Origin: Paraspadella gotoi
Taxonomy: Eukaryota > Animalia > Chaetognatha
Direction of reading: 5' to 3'
NCBI GenBank assembly: GCA_051294375.1
Contig: JBJCIZ010000263.1
Span: 2,570 to 66,569 of the forward strand
Length of the DNA: 64,000 nucleotides
The translations under genes and the position numbers were made by a program. Numbering within the stretch: the stretch's first letter is position 1; each line of letters opens with the position of its first letter. The notes under the pieces are model-generated. The model had not been told where the DNA came from. It ran no database searches and was given only the letters and a program-made list of their open reading frames with translations. Of this stretch, positions 1 through 11,567 are shown one piece after another.

Positions 1-49
1 GCTTTGAAAAACATTAACAAAAACTTTGCTCTACACATTAAGTAAGAGG

Positions 50-240
50 AAGAGAGACAGAGAGAGAGAAAGAGAGTGAGAGTGAGTGTGTGAGAAGAGA
101 TGAAGGCGAGAGTTGTCCAAACAAAGGGTGCAGTAAAGGAACAGGGCCAGATGATGAGGACAGCGTGAAGCGAAGAACACGTAGGAAGAAAGAGATAATT
201 TTGAAATGGGTGAAAATTGAAAAGAGAGAGACGGAGAAAT
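50..240 (-). repeat. Third degenerate copy of the PLE 3' UTR/pLTR segment
   Basis: GA tract followed by TCCAAACAAAG...CAGATGATGAGGACAG.GTGAAG...TGGGTGAAA parallels 4610-4740 and the reverse complement of 6830-6960. Confidence 0.5.
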
Positions 241-434
241 AATTACATTGGACAAATGTTGACAACAAAGATCTCATTAGAGAACGAAAACTTAGAACAT
301 ATAGCTCATGATTTTAATAACAATAAGTTTAAACTTAAATAAATTAAAAAAAAATGAAATGGGAGGAATACTGGATCACATGAAGCGCAAACGATGTCAG
401 CAAAATCTCACAGTTATATGTGAGGAATGTAGTA

Positions 435-1265
435 GATAAGGCGACTAAGTGCGGCTGAAGATGACTATATCCGTTAACTCTAATAAACCCCCTTTAGTAG
501 CCATGGAACGGGTCACTGGCTGCTTGGAACCAGGCTTGAGGGAAACTAATGTCTGGCCACACGCCCCCCAAGGCGGACTTAACGCGCCGTCCTCACGCTT
601 CCCACAGGGTAAGGGACCGGGTTGGTGCTTGAAACCCCAGGTACGACCTAGTGGTTCTATGAACTTGATGCTATTACTCAATTGAGCCACCGGCGTCAGG
701 AAACTGAAGGTGTCATCGCTTATAGGCGCGGAGATCGCTGAACCCAAGCAATGCCCGACTACATGCCCCCGCAGATTAGTCTAACCTCATTCCCTGCACT
801 GCTTTCCAGATGGAGGGAGTGGGAGCAATCTTCAGCACGTCCATGGTCCCTGGAAATCAGAAGCGTTGGGAACTACGGCTCGACAGGATTGGGCGCTCAC
901 CAGGTTAGACAAGCCGTCTAAGTGCGGCTGAAGCATGACTATTTCCGTAACTATCTATCAACCCCCTTTAGTAGCCATGGAAACGGGTCCTGGGCTTGGA
1001 ACCAGGCTTGAGGGGTTGCCCACGCCCCCAAAGGCGGTACCGCCGTCCTCACGCTCCCACAGGAGGTAACGCCGTTCAACCAAAGGCGAAGAAAGGAAAC
1101 GGGTTTGAAAAAAAATATGAATTGAACTCCAAGAGTACCAAAGTGGCATGCAGCTGAAATTGGCTATACTCAATGAAGAGCCACCGGAGTCAGGAAACTG
1201 AAGGTGAGTCATGCCTTATAGGCGGTGTAAAATATTAAAAGGTGAAACCTTAGGCAATGGCACCT
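435..1265 (+). repeat. Two tandem copies of an unidentified ~475-bp unit (left arm of a long inverted repeat)
   Basis: CTAAGTGCGGCTGAAG...GTAGCCATGGAA...CTTGGAACCAGGCTTGAGGG...GTCCTCACGCT...GTCAGGAAACTGAAGGTG occurs from ~445 and again from ~919. Confidence 0.8.
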
Positions 1266-2569
1266 ATACAAAGGAATTAGAATAAAAGTTAATAGATTAA
1301 GTGAAATATATAATATTCAAACTCGCAGAAATTTGGTCAACTGGCATATTTGGTCAACTTTAAAGAATTTGGTTCAAACTGCGAAATATTTTTGTCAATT
1401 GGCGATTAATTTTGAGGTTTCATATCATATCTCTAATCAATCAAATCTCTATATATCCATATATCAAAAAAATCAATCAATCAATCAATCAATATCAGAG
1501 AGACGAGAGAAAACTTTAAAAAATTCGAAATAAATAGTGTCTTTTGGTTTTTCTAATTTAATCTTTTTCCACTCCTACGGATCCTCAATAAATTTTTATA
1601 TTTCCGAGCTATATTATCACATAACTTTCCTAAACCCACCACACAAAATTTCAATGTTCGATTTATCTATCCATTTTTTAATAAACATAAATAATTATGC
1701 AGTAAAATTTAAGTAAAAATACTTTAAGTAAATAGTAGACTTTTGATTTTTTCTATTGTTTTTAAGTCAATTATAACACTATCGCCAACGATTTCCCTAA
1801 CGAAAACTCATATCCCATCTCAATCACACAGTTTCTCACCCACACACAAATAATTTCATACCAATGTCCATCAATCCAATTCACGAGTTAATTGAAAGGT
1901 TTTTTGCATAAGCGTCTGGACGGATGCGACGGAACGACTGGACGACGGACGTAAGAACGGACGGACTCGGTTTTTTTGCATAATCATAATCAGATGTTCT
2001 GACATATATAAGCTGGTATGCCGACATATTGAGGGGCGGACCGACGGACCGCACCAAACTGACTCTATAGAGTACGCGGATCTGCTGATAAGCAGGAACC
2101 GACTAAAAATCTTTATAAATTTTATTACTCATTAAATACTTTAGGCCACGGGATCACTCAAGCCTAAAATAATGATAGGAAATCCTAATTTACTGATATC
2201 ATAAATCATTTTCTCACATTCAATGTAAGAGTTTCAATTAAAAAAATAATCAAAAACTTTTTAAAAATCTACCCTAAAATGTTCATAAAATTTAAACAAA
2301 ATTTTTTCTCCGGCTAAAACTAGATTTTCAAGAGAAAAATACTTTTTCTTTAAATGTAAGCTTAAATTTTTTTACAACCAAATTTTAATTTAAAACTGAT
2401 TCTTTACAGTAAGCTCAATTTCTACTTCATTAATTAATTCTTCATTTAAGGTAACATAAGTACATCTTGGAGTTATCACTAGATAAGAGTGTCTATTAAA
2501 ACAATCTACCCTACTCATTTTCCAGTATGGTTTTTATGCTTTATTGATTTGTATAACAATAGTCTCCAA

Positions 2570-3372
2570 TGGGCATGCCTAGCGTTCACCCCGTCCTAAC
2601 TAATACTCATGACACTTCCACGATCCCTGACCCGGTGGACCTTCATGGTAAAACCATCAGCTTCATAGACCACTAAGGGGTACCGGTTCAAAATCCAACC
2701 CTGTCTTTTGTGGTATCCTACTCTGTGGGAAGGTGTGAGGGACGGCCGTAAGCCGCTCACTTTGGGTGGCGTGGAAAACCCTTCAAGCTTCGCCGTTCCA
2801 AGCCCAAGGACCCGTTCCATAGCTGGTCTAAGGCTTTAAATGGTAAAGAAGTTCACGATAGTCCCTATCCTTCAGCCCACTTTATGCGCCTTATTACATC
2901 AGTCTGGTGAGCCCATCCTGTTGAGCGTTTTCCCAACCTTCTATGGCATTCCAGGCCCGATGTACGTTTGGTGAAAAATTGCTCCCCTCCCTCCACTGGA
3001 AGCAGTGGATGTTCAAGAATTAGATGAGGCGTGGAGTTACAATCTGGGGTGCAATGTAACTCAGGGCAATTGTTCCCTAGGTTCACACACGCCTATAAAG
3101 CATGGACACCTTCAGTCACTGACCCGGATGGGCCATTTGAGTAAAGCACCATCATGCTTGCCATGACCCACAAGAGGCATACTGGGTTGGGAAAATGAAC
3201 CTCTTGCGGGGATAAGGTGGTGTATGAGGTACCGGCCTAATAAACCGCGTCTTGGGAGGGCGTGGAAAACCCTCAAGCTGTTTCCAAGCCGAGGACCCCA
3301 TTCCATAGCTGCCCTAAGGGTGCTTATAGAAGTTTACGGAGATCGATCTTCAAGCCCACTTAGCGCCTTATC
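2570..3372 (-). repeat. Two tandem copies of the same ~475-bp unit, inverted (right arm)
   Basis: TTCCAAGCC...GACCCGTTCCATAGCT...CTTCAGCCCACTT..GCGCCTTAT (~2796-2893 and ~3281-3371) is the reverse complement of 436-540 with many indels. Confidence 0.75.
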
Positions 3373-4094
3373 CACAAGTTTAAGCAGTTAAAAAACTTAT
3401 CAAATTAGTATGTTCATTTGACTTTTACATTTATGTAAAAATGATTTTAATAGTGTTTAAATAGTACAGAATGTTAATCTTTCTTGACCAAAGTGAAGTT
3501 AAAAAACGAAAGAGTTAGCAGCTCAAACCGTTGGACTCTTCTTGAAAGAAAAAAATATCGGGCAAGTAAGGAAAAAGTGGGGGAGATTCTAAATGAGCGG
3601 CTGTTGTTTTTTGAGAAAAATGTTTTTTGATAATCAAGGAATTAATCCACAAAATTGACATAAATAATCAAATTATTACTAAATGAAAGGAAGGCAAAAT
3701 CTATGAAAGTATCATTTATCATTAAGAATTAGGGGATTCGTGACCTAAAAGGCCAAATTTTAATGATAAAAACCCGCACTTAACGTTTGAGGCTGCAACT
3801 CTTCAAATAGATTCTTTTATTTTATAAATATATATAGTAAAAAAAAAAAATCGAAAAAAATGTCGAATGACGCCTTTGAAAAATAAAAGTAATGTGAAAA
3901 ACATTTTCGGGATATCGTCATGAGCTCTCCTTTCGAAATCCGAGCTCGGTCTTAGCCTTTATTATAATTCGAATTGAGCTGATCCCCGGAGCTAAAATTA
4001 TTAAAATTTTATTACACCAATTAAATATTAAGAACTATCTGAAGAATCCTTAGAGATTATAAAGTAAAATTATTCAAAAAACCAAGTATAAAAT

Positions 4095-4420
4095 GTCATC
4101 CTTCAGAATCGCTTCACCCGGGGGCGGTGCTTGGGGGACGGACCCCGCTGGAAGGTGGCTCCGACAGGGCAGGGCCCCCGCCGAGGGGCAGGCAAATCTT
4201 TACCGGTCCTATAGGGGCGCCCCCTGTTAGCCTCTTTTTTTAGAATAGCCCCAAGGGGCCACTCCAGGGTGAATCCCCCTGCACTCGGGCACCTAGGAAA
4301 AACCTGGGCTAACCCCAGGGCGATGGATTTTCCTGCACCCCTCGAACGGCTCTCCCTCCTATCTCTCTCTTCCCTCTATTCTCTCTTTCTCTTTCCCTCT
4401 CTCTCTCTCTCTTTCTACTA
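4095..4420. repeat. GC-rich CCCC/GGGG-tract repeat plus CT tract; degenerate inverted copy of ~7830-8220
   Basis: ATGTCATC...CCCGGGGGCGG at 4093-4126 resembles the reverse complement of 8185-8220 (ATGTCATCTCCCAAATCCTCCGCCCCGCGGGGCGG). GGGGCGCCCC occurs in both. Confidence 0.5.
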
Positions 4421-4507
4421 TCTATTTTCTATTTTCATCTTTCATTAAATAAAATATAAATTTTAGCGAGAAAAAACAATTTTATTTGTTTTATCAACGA
4501 ACTTGTA

Positions 4508-4572
4508 TTATTGGAAGACATGTTCGACTACATTGAGTTATAGCAGTTCTATCATCTAGTTTATGACAATTC
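4508..4572 (-). ncRNA. Degenerate hammerhead copy at the PLE 3' end
   Basis: Reverse complement reads ATTGTCATAAACTAGATGATAG...GTAGTCGAACATGTCTTCCAAT. It is collinear with 6986-7040 but the core is disrupted by indels. AATAAA follows downstream. Confidence 0.5.
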
Positions 4573-5429
4573 AATATTTTTTACTACTTTATACATAGGT
4601 TTAGAGAGAAGTTAGAGAGAGAGAGAGAAACAGAAAAAGAGGGTGGTATTCCAACAAAAGAGAGTTGAGCAAAGACAGTGCGTCAGATGATGAGGTATAG
4701 AGTGAAGGTAAGAGTCAGGGGAAAGAAGTGGGTGAAATTAGAAATAAGAGAGAAGAGAGCAGAGAAGAGAGACAGGGGGTGTAAGAGAAAATCTGTCTAA
4801 CATTTTTTTGTAATATGTATTAACAATGATAGAGAAATTAAAAATAACAAACTTTAATAGTTTAAACATTAGTAACATTTGAAAAATAAATAAAGAATTG
4901 AAATAGAAAGAATAAGTGATGAGGGATAGGTAAAGTAAAGAAGTTAGTGAAAATTAAGTTGAGAGAAGAGCTTCAAAGTGAGCTGGCCCCCCCCCGCGTT
5001 GACCAAAGGTGCCGGCACGTTTGCGATTAGGCTCGGGGTCATTGGCTTGCTCAATGGGCTGAGAAGATATGACTGGGGTGTGGACATTTCGGGACCTGGT
5101 AGTACTCCTCCTCGGGAAAATCCTAACGAACACCGAAATATTCTCTCATGGCCTGATAGGCCTGCCGTATGGCCCTCTCTCACCTGACGGTGAGGTGGGC
5201 GATTGCCTGTTCTTGCCTGCTTTGGTGCATGGAGATACAGACTCCTCATCGCCTCCTCTCTGTAGCCGTCTTTTTGGACGACGTGCCAGTGTGAGAAGAG
5301 TCATGCCAGGTTGCTACAGGCTCGGGAGAGGGTATCGGTCGTCCATTGCCTGCTGGGAGGTCTCCGCCTGACCCGTTGAGGGGGGCAGGGGAATCACCGT
5401 GCGGTTGGGGGCGGCTCTGGGCGTCCACC

Positions 5430-6803
5430 ACCACTTGATAAGCGTATCATAGCTTGGAGGAGAGATCGAAGCGTCCTCCCATCACGGTTTCAGAGAGGGC
5501 TCGAGGGCTTTGATGTAGCATAGGCCTCTCTAATACCTTCTTGAAAACCAATTTTGGTCATGGGACAGCACGAGGCAGTCCGTCTCTCTAAACAGATGGC
5601 CAGAGGCTACAGAGTGCTCTGATAACGATAGCTGACAGGTAGTGACCTCGTGAGTCACGGTAAGGTTTCGTATGTTGCTTGAAAACCGATCTGAGAGAGA
5701 TTTTCCTGTCTGCGCCCCACGTCATGCTGCTGTGCAGGGTTGGTTTCCCTTGCCTGCACAGGCCGCCCAATAGACGGCTCCTGATGTTTTCGTTCTGGGG
5801 ATTTTTGTCTTCGGTTCACCAGTGGCTCACGTACGAGAACCGCGGGTCGTCACTGAAGTGAGATCCCCTGTCTTGCCAGCACCGCACCAAAGCTTCAGTG
5901 ATCCCCTGGTGGTAGGGGAGGGACAAGTGACCCACGTTCTTGAGACGCTTCTGCTTATCACTCCCATTTGCTCTGTGGTGGGCGCGGTTGGTCCTTCAGC
6001 AGCAAAGGTCCCGTTCTTCCTCCTGGGGGGCGGAGGTTGAACCTGCGTTAGCGGCTACTTGGGCAGCCCCTTGGTGGCCACTGCCCTCAGCTTGGTTCTG
6101 CCGGAACCTAGCGCTTCTCGAATGCCCACAGAGGGTAACCCATTCGAGCGCCAAGGCTCTTTTGACATCGCTCAAGCTCGGCGGCCTGGAGCTCGGGGGT
6201 CGACGGAATCAGTAGTAAGCCTCTCCTGGTAAGGGATCTGAACTGTGGCGAGCTTGTGTGACAAGGGGGCGTGCGAATCAAAGGAATGTATTGATCAGTA
6301 TGCGTTGGTTTGCGATAGACAGAAAAACTCCAATGAGCCGCCCTCTTTGCGCTTTATAAGCACATCGAGCATTGGATTTTAACCATTCCTCCTCTTTCTT
6401 CACACGTTCACTTTATACTCGCTTTCGATGCCGTTCAAGTGTGTTAGTAAGGCTCACGAGATCCCTTTGCACAGCCAGGATGGTATCGTCTGCTTTCCGA
6501 TACCAAAGAGAAACTGACTCTGCCCCATGCAGAGATCGAAAAGAAGCCAAAGGCTCCACCTCATAGTCCTCCATATAGAAATCTGCCAGAGGACTTGAGG
6601 TTGATTTGCACCATCCCTAAGCCACCAGGCTGGGCATAGTTCCGTCCATCGAACCTGAAGTAACGCCAGTTCCAGGTCGAGCCGCAGCAGTGCCATGATA
6701 TCATCCAATTGGATTGGCGTACGCTCGTGTAACAACCGGTCTCCCTTCAGGCGGCGTCTGCGGATGCTAACGCAGTCCTGAGGGATGTTATGAACATACT
6801 TTT
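5430..6803 (-). pseudogene. Penelope-type reverse transcriptase (C-terminal part) and GIY-YIG endonuclease, frameshifted
   Basis: Manual minus-strand translation across frameshifts. RT: ...RLLHERTPIQLDDIMALLRL..YFRFDGRNYAQPGGLGM..SSPLADFYMEDYE..WYRKADDT..SVYRKPTHTDQYIP.DSHAPLSHKLATV. Endonuclease: TSGAVYWAACAG..VG.QTGKSLSDRFKQH..HSVASGHLF..GIREA.YIKALEPSLNRDGGRFDLS.SYDTLIK. Confidence 0.88.
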
Positions 6804-6924
6804 TAAGTACACGAGACCAAGAGGATGACTATCACCCAACTTCTTCCCCTGATCTTACCTTCACCTGTCCTCATATCTGACCACTGTCCTTTGCTCGAAT
6901 TCTTTGTTGGAAACTCCCTCTTTT

Positions 6925-6960
<36 letters not shown>

Positions 6961-6985
6961 ACCAATGTAAAGAGTAAAAAATATG

Positions 6986-7040
6986 ATTGTCATAACTGAT
7001 GAAGACTCTAAAACTCAAGAGTCGAAACATGTCTTACAAT
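6986..7040 (+). ncRNA. Minimal type I hammerhead ribozyme in the inverted PLE pLTR
   Basis: Core CTGATGA (6996-7002), then stem II GACTC/GAGTC, then GAAA (7024-7027), then palindromic helix III ACATGT with a GTC cleavage triplet (C7033). Stem I is ATTG-tca-TAA paired with TTA-CAAT. Confidence 0.85.
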
Positions 7041-7204
7041 AATACAATTCGTTGATCTAAAAACAATAAATTGTTTTTTCTCCTAAACTTCAAAACGCAA
7101 CGAAATTGATAGTTTATACACAATAAAATATAAAAATAAAAATAATATTTTTTACTTTAATTAATCAATCAATGAACCAATAGCTGTACCAATACCAACT
7201 TGCA

Positions 7205-7360
7205 TAATTTAGTCAAATGACATAATTTGGTCAACTGACATAAATTGGTCAACTGATATAATTTAATCAACTTTTAAAATTTGGTAATCTTTTATAATTT
7301 GGTAAACTTTCATAATTTGGTAATTTTTTTAAAATTTAGTTAACTTGCTTAATTTGATTA
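7205..7360. repeat. ~18-19 bp minisatellite (AATTTGGTCAACT...)
   Basis: About 8 degenerate units. The same unit also occurs at 1330-1400. Confidence 0.7.
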
Positions 7361-8730
7361 TTTGGGCAACAATCAACTTAACAATTAGCTAATTAATAAT
7401 TTTATCCGATAGAAATAAAAAAAAGAAAGAGAGAAAAAGAGTGCAAAAATTTTTTGAATAATGTTCAAGTAAAAGTAATTTTTGTTTTTCCATTAAAACT
7501 CACTTTCACTTGCATACTTTTCTGCCCATACACAAAATTTTATTTTAATTCATCTATGAAATTTTAAATAATAGAATAAAAAGTAGGATGGTTTTAATTT
7601 TTTAATTCACTTATAAAAAATAATTAATTAAAAAATATTTAATTGATTAATTAATTAATATCAGTCTTTAAGTCCGTCCCATATTAGCAGTAAACTCCAA
7701 TTATTCGTGATTAAATAGATGGATTGGAATAAAATTTTGTGTGAGGGTAGAAAAGTATGTGATTGAGCTAGATATAAAGTTTTGCTCACTCTCTTTCTCA
7801 AATCGTCAGCCTCTACTTAACAATGAGCGAAAGAGAGAGAGAAAAAGAAAAAGGGAGAGAGAAAGAGAGAGTAACAGACAGGGAGAAATATTTTCAGATA
7901 TAATAACATAGTCAGAAAGTATATTTTCTTATCTAAACTTTGCTCTCTCTTTAACTCGCCCCTGGGGGAGCAGTTTTTTGCTCCCCAAGGGGTTACCCCC
8001 AGGGGCACACTTTTTTTGGCCCCAGGGGGCTAAGCATTAGGGGCGCCCCTAATAGACCCAAAATGTTGGCCCCAGGGGGAACCCCCCTGGGGCGGCCCCC
8101 TGAGGCAATCCAGAGGGGGCGCCCCCTCAATGACCATTTTGCTGCTCCCCCTGGAATAGTCTGCCCCCTGGGGCCGCCCCTAGAGCCGCCCCGCGGGGCG
8201 GAGGATTTGGGAGATGACATATCTCTTCAAAACAGTCAAGAACTTGCTCAGTAGAGTGGAGCACTGGGGAACATAAATTTTATTGGAGTGAACAAACATG
8301 GATATTTAGACGTAAGATAGTATGATTAATATTCTGCTTATATTGTTTGGGGAACAGTATCATTAATTACAATATATTTATAGTAATATCCTTATAAAAT
8401 CATAAATTTTTAAAATAATTTTTTTATATTTTTTATTAAAGATTCTGATTCTTTATAAAAAGTTAAATCAAAAATATAAAATATGTTATTAAAAATTTTA
8501 ATGTCTTTAGAGTTAAAAATGCAAAAAAAGGGTAAATTCTCCACTTTTTCACGCTTTGTAGTAGAAAATATTATATGATAAAATGTTTGGGTCATTTTTC
8601 GCGGCTTTAACCTAAAAATATCATGTAACATATTTTACAAAAGTTTTTTAGTTTTTTCCAGCAAATCCGAAACTGTTCTTAAAAATAAAAAATATGATTT
8701 AGAAATTTTTTGATTTTATAAGGATATTAC

Positions 8731-9521
8731 TTGGGGATGAGCATCGTTTCTAAACTATTGAGTATTTTTAAATAAATTTGGTAACAATTGATAGGGAATT
8801 TAAAATACTATCTATTTGCAAAATTTCATAAAAATCGGATAATCCGTTCAAAAGTTATGGAAATAAAACAGTTGAAAAATCGCGCTTCAAATCGAGCAAC
8901 TTTTGCTTCAAATCGAACTCGTTTTGATCCAATAAGGATTTGAACTACCGTAGTACTAAGCTTTAAACCGATAATAGCGATTATGCGCGAACCGGGCCTC
9001 ATAAGAGAAAATAGAATAAGAGAAGCCCGGAAAAAAAGAAATCCTTACAAAAGTAATCACAAAACTAACATAATTATAACAGAAAAAAAAATGGAAAAGA
9101 CAAGAGAGCCAAAGAAGTAATAAATTGGGGATGAGCATCGTTTCTAAACTATTGAGTATTTTTAAATAAATTTGGTACCGATCGATAGGAAATTAAAAAT
9201 ACTATCTATATACAAATTTTCATAAAAATCGGATAATCCGTTCAAAAGTTATGGCAATAAAACAGTCGCGAAAATCGCGCTTCAAATCGATCAACTTTCC
9301 CTTAAAATCGAACTCGTTTTGATCCAATAAGGATTTGAACTACCGTAGTACTAAGCTTTAAACCGATAATAGCGATTTTGCAGGAACCGGGCCTCATAAG
9401 AGAAAATAGAATAAGCGAAGCTCGGAAAAAAAGGAATCCTTACAAAATTAATCACAAAACTAACATAATTATAACAGAATAAAAAATGGAAAAGACAAGA
9501 GAGCCAAAGAAGTAATAAATT
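8731..9521. repeat. Tandem duplication of a ~395-bp AT-rich unit
   Basis: TTGGGGATGAGCATCGTTTCTAAACTATTGAG...GAGCCAAAGAAGTAATAAATTG starts at 8731 and again at ~9125, at high identity. Confidence 0.9.
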
Positions 9522-9844
9522 GAAAGTATATTGACTGATCTCACCAGCAAAACTACTATTAAACTGACTCAATTTAATATCGTTAATTAAAGATTTAGAA
9601 TTCACTATCGTCACTTCACGATTAATTTTTCATTTTTGAATCATTTTAATTTTATGATAACTGATTTTAATATGATAGCAATAAAACTATAATTAAAAGA
9701 TAATGATTGATAATGGTAAGTAAATTGATGCAATGAATAAAATTAATTAAACTAATGATGATGACGATAGTTTAATATCTAAAATTTGTCATATCTGAAT
9801 CCGGATTTGACTACGATAATTTAGCCGTAATCAGCTAAAAATTA

Positions 9845-10540
9845 TGTAAGTTGAAAAAGGTATGCAAGTTGAAAAAGATATGCAAGTTTAAAAAGGTATA
9901 AAAGTTTAAAAAAGTATGCAAGTTGAAAAAAGTATGCAAGTTGAAAAAAAGTATGCATACTTTGAAAAAAAAGTATGCATACTTTGAAAAAAAGTATGCA
10001 TAATTGGAAAAAAGTATGCATATTGGAAAAAAGTATGCATACTTTGGAAAAAAAAGTATGCAATTGAAAAAGTATGCATATTTGGAAAAAAAGTATGCAT
10101 ACTTTAAAAAAGTATCTTGAGAGAAGACAATAAGCTATCCGAATCCGTACTGATATGTATGATTTGTCAATTTTTTTTTTCTTTCTCTCTCTCTCTTTCT
10201 TCTTGTTAAACTTTCTTCTCTTTATTAATCAATTTCCTGTCATTCAGCGTATTTTCATAAAGAGATAAATAAAGAGACTACAAGGGACAAACACGCCTCG
10301 AACGCCAATATCACGGGCGTGAATTCAAAACATTTCACACAGACCGCGTTCTAAAACGTAAAAATAAATTGGAAAAAAAGTATGCATACTTTGAAAAAAG
10401 TATAAAGCATACTTCAAAAAAGAGGCATACTTCAAAAAGTAGGCATACTTTGAAAAAAAAGTAGCATACTTGAAAAAAAATAGTATGCAAGTTGGAAAAA
10501 GTATGCAATTTGAAAAAAGTATGCATACTTTAAAAAAAGT
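9845..10540. repeat. ~18-23 bp minisatellite built on palindromic AAAGTATGCATACTTT, within a duplicated block
   Basis: Arrays at 9845-10110 and 10370-10540. The unique segment after each array (10110-10365 and 10538-10800) is also duplicated. Confidence 0.85.
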
Positions 10541-10965
10541 ATCTTGAGAGAAAGACAATAAGCTATCCGAATCCGTACTGATATGTATGATTTTGTCAAT
10601 TTTTTTTTTTCTTTCTCTCTCTCTCCTTTCTCTTGTTAAACTTTCTTCTCTTATTAATCAATTTCCTATCATTCAGCGTATTTTCATAAAGAGATAAGAT
10701 AAAGAGACTAACAAGGGACAAACGACGCCTAGAACGCCAATATCACACGGTAGTGAAATTCAAAAACATTTCAACAGACGCGTTCTAAAACGTAAAAATA
10801 CGGTTAAAGCCATGTTGAAATATGGTTTTTATCTGGCCCGGATCGCGCATGATCAATGCTTATTTTTAATTGATGTCCTCATTGGATAACCTACGTCAAC
10901 CATTTTCAATACAACCGGAACGCGCTTAAAAAAGCTTTTAGCGTGCAAAAACTTGATATCCTTTT

Positions 10966-11567
10966 TGTCGAGAAACCAGAAAACCTGGCTCGGTGACGCC
11001 TCCTCGCGTGTCGACCCGTCAGGCTACTACTGAGTGAAACCTTGGTCTTCACCTCGCGTCTCAACCGAAGTGGGCGCGGTCTTGTCCGACGCCCCTTGAG
11101 CCGTCGCAGCCTCTGCGACCCGTTGTGAGCGTGTGGAAGTCGAAGGAGCTTGCGAAGGAACCCAAGTCCGTTGAAGGCGAGGGTGTCGAGCTTGCACGCC
11201 GTCTCTGCTAAGAGTCACGAGTCCATAGTAGAGTCTGAGGCTAGTGACATGTGGCCTCTCCGTGCCTCCTTTGCCCGCGAGTCTCTGGGCTGGCAGTGTC
11301 TCAGTGGGGCTGTCTCGTGGCCCTTGATCTAGGAAAGTTGGTGACGTAAGGATTGACATGAATGACGGAAGGACTTCATAGCCCGTAAAGAGCCGTTTGG
11401 AGACGGGTCTAGGTAACTCTCTAACTGACTGAAAAAAAGGAGAGAAATGCATACAAAAAGAGTATAGAAAAAGCAGACGAAATGTATAGAAAAGTTACGT
11501 GACAATGAAATGGAATAATTGAGCAAAATAATGAGAAAAATGAATAAAACAGCGCCATCTCTCATCA
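10966..11567 (-). repeat. BEL/Pao 3' LTR (copy 1, minus strand)
   Basis: Reverse complement runs TGATGAGAGATGGCG...GGTTTCTCGACA and matches 42754-43361 and 54149-54755. The polypurine tract is adjacent at 11568-11586. Confidence 0.93.

Larger units (their letters stand above)
4470..7080 (-). mobile_element. Penelope-like element (PLE), 5'-truncated, with an inverted terminal repeat (pLTR)
   Basis: Minus-strand RT and GIY-YIG motifs lie at 5430-6803. The 3' segment 4470-4735 is repeated in inverted orientation at ~6830-7080, which is a known structure of truncated Penelope copies. Confidence 0.85.

Noticed and set aside
445-760. GSAISAPISDDTF...IKF read as a decayed RT
   Set aside because: Motif spacing is far too short and the reading is not preserved in the other three copies of the unit.
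9845-10110. CRISPR-like array of palindromic repeats
   Set aside because: No unique spacers, no cas genes and a eukaryotic context; it is a minisatellite.
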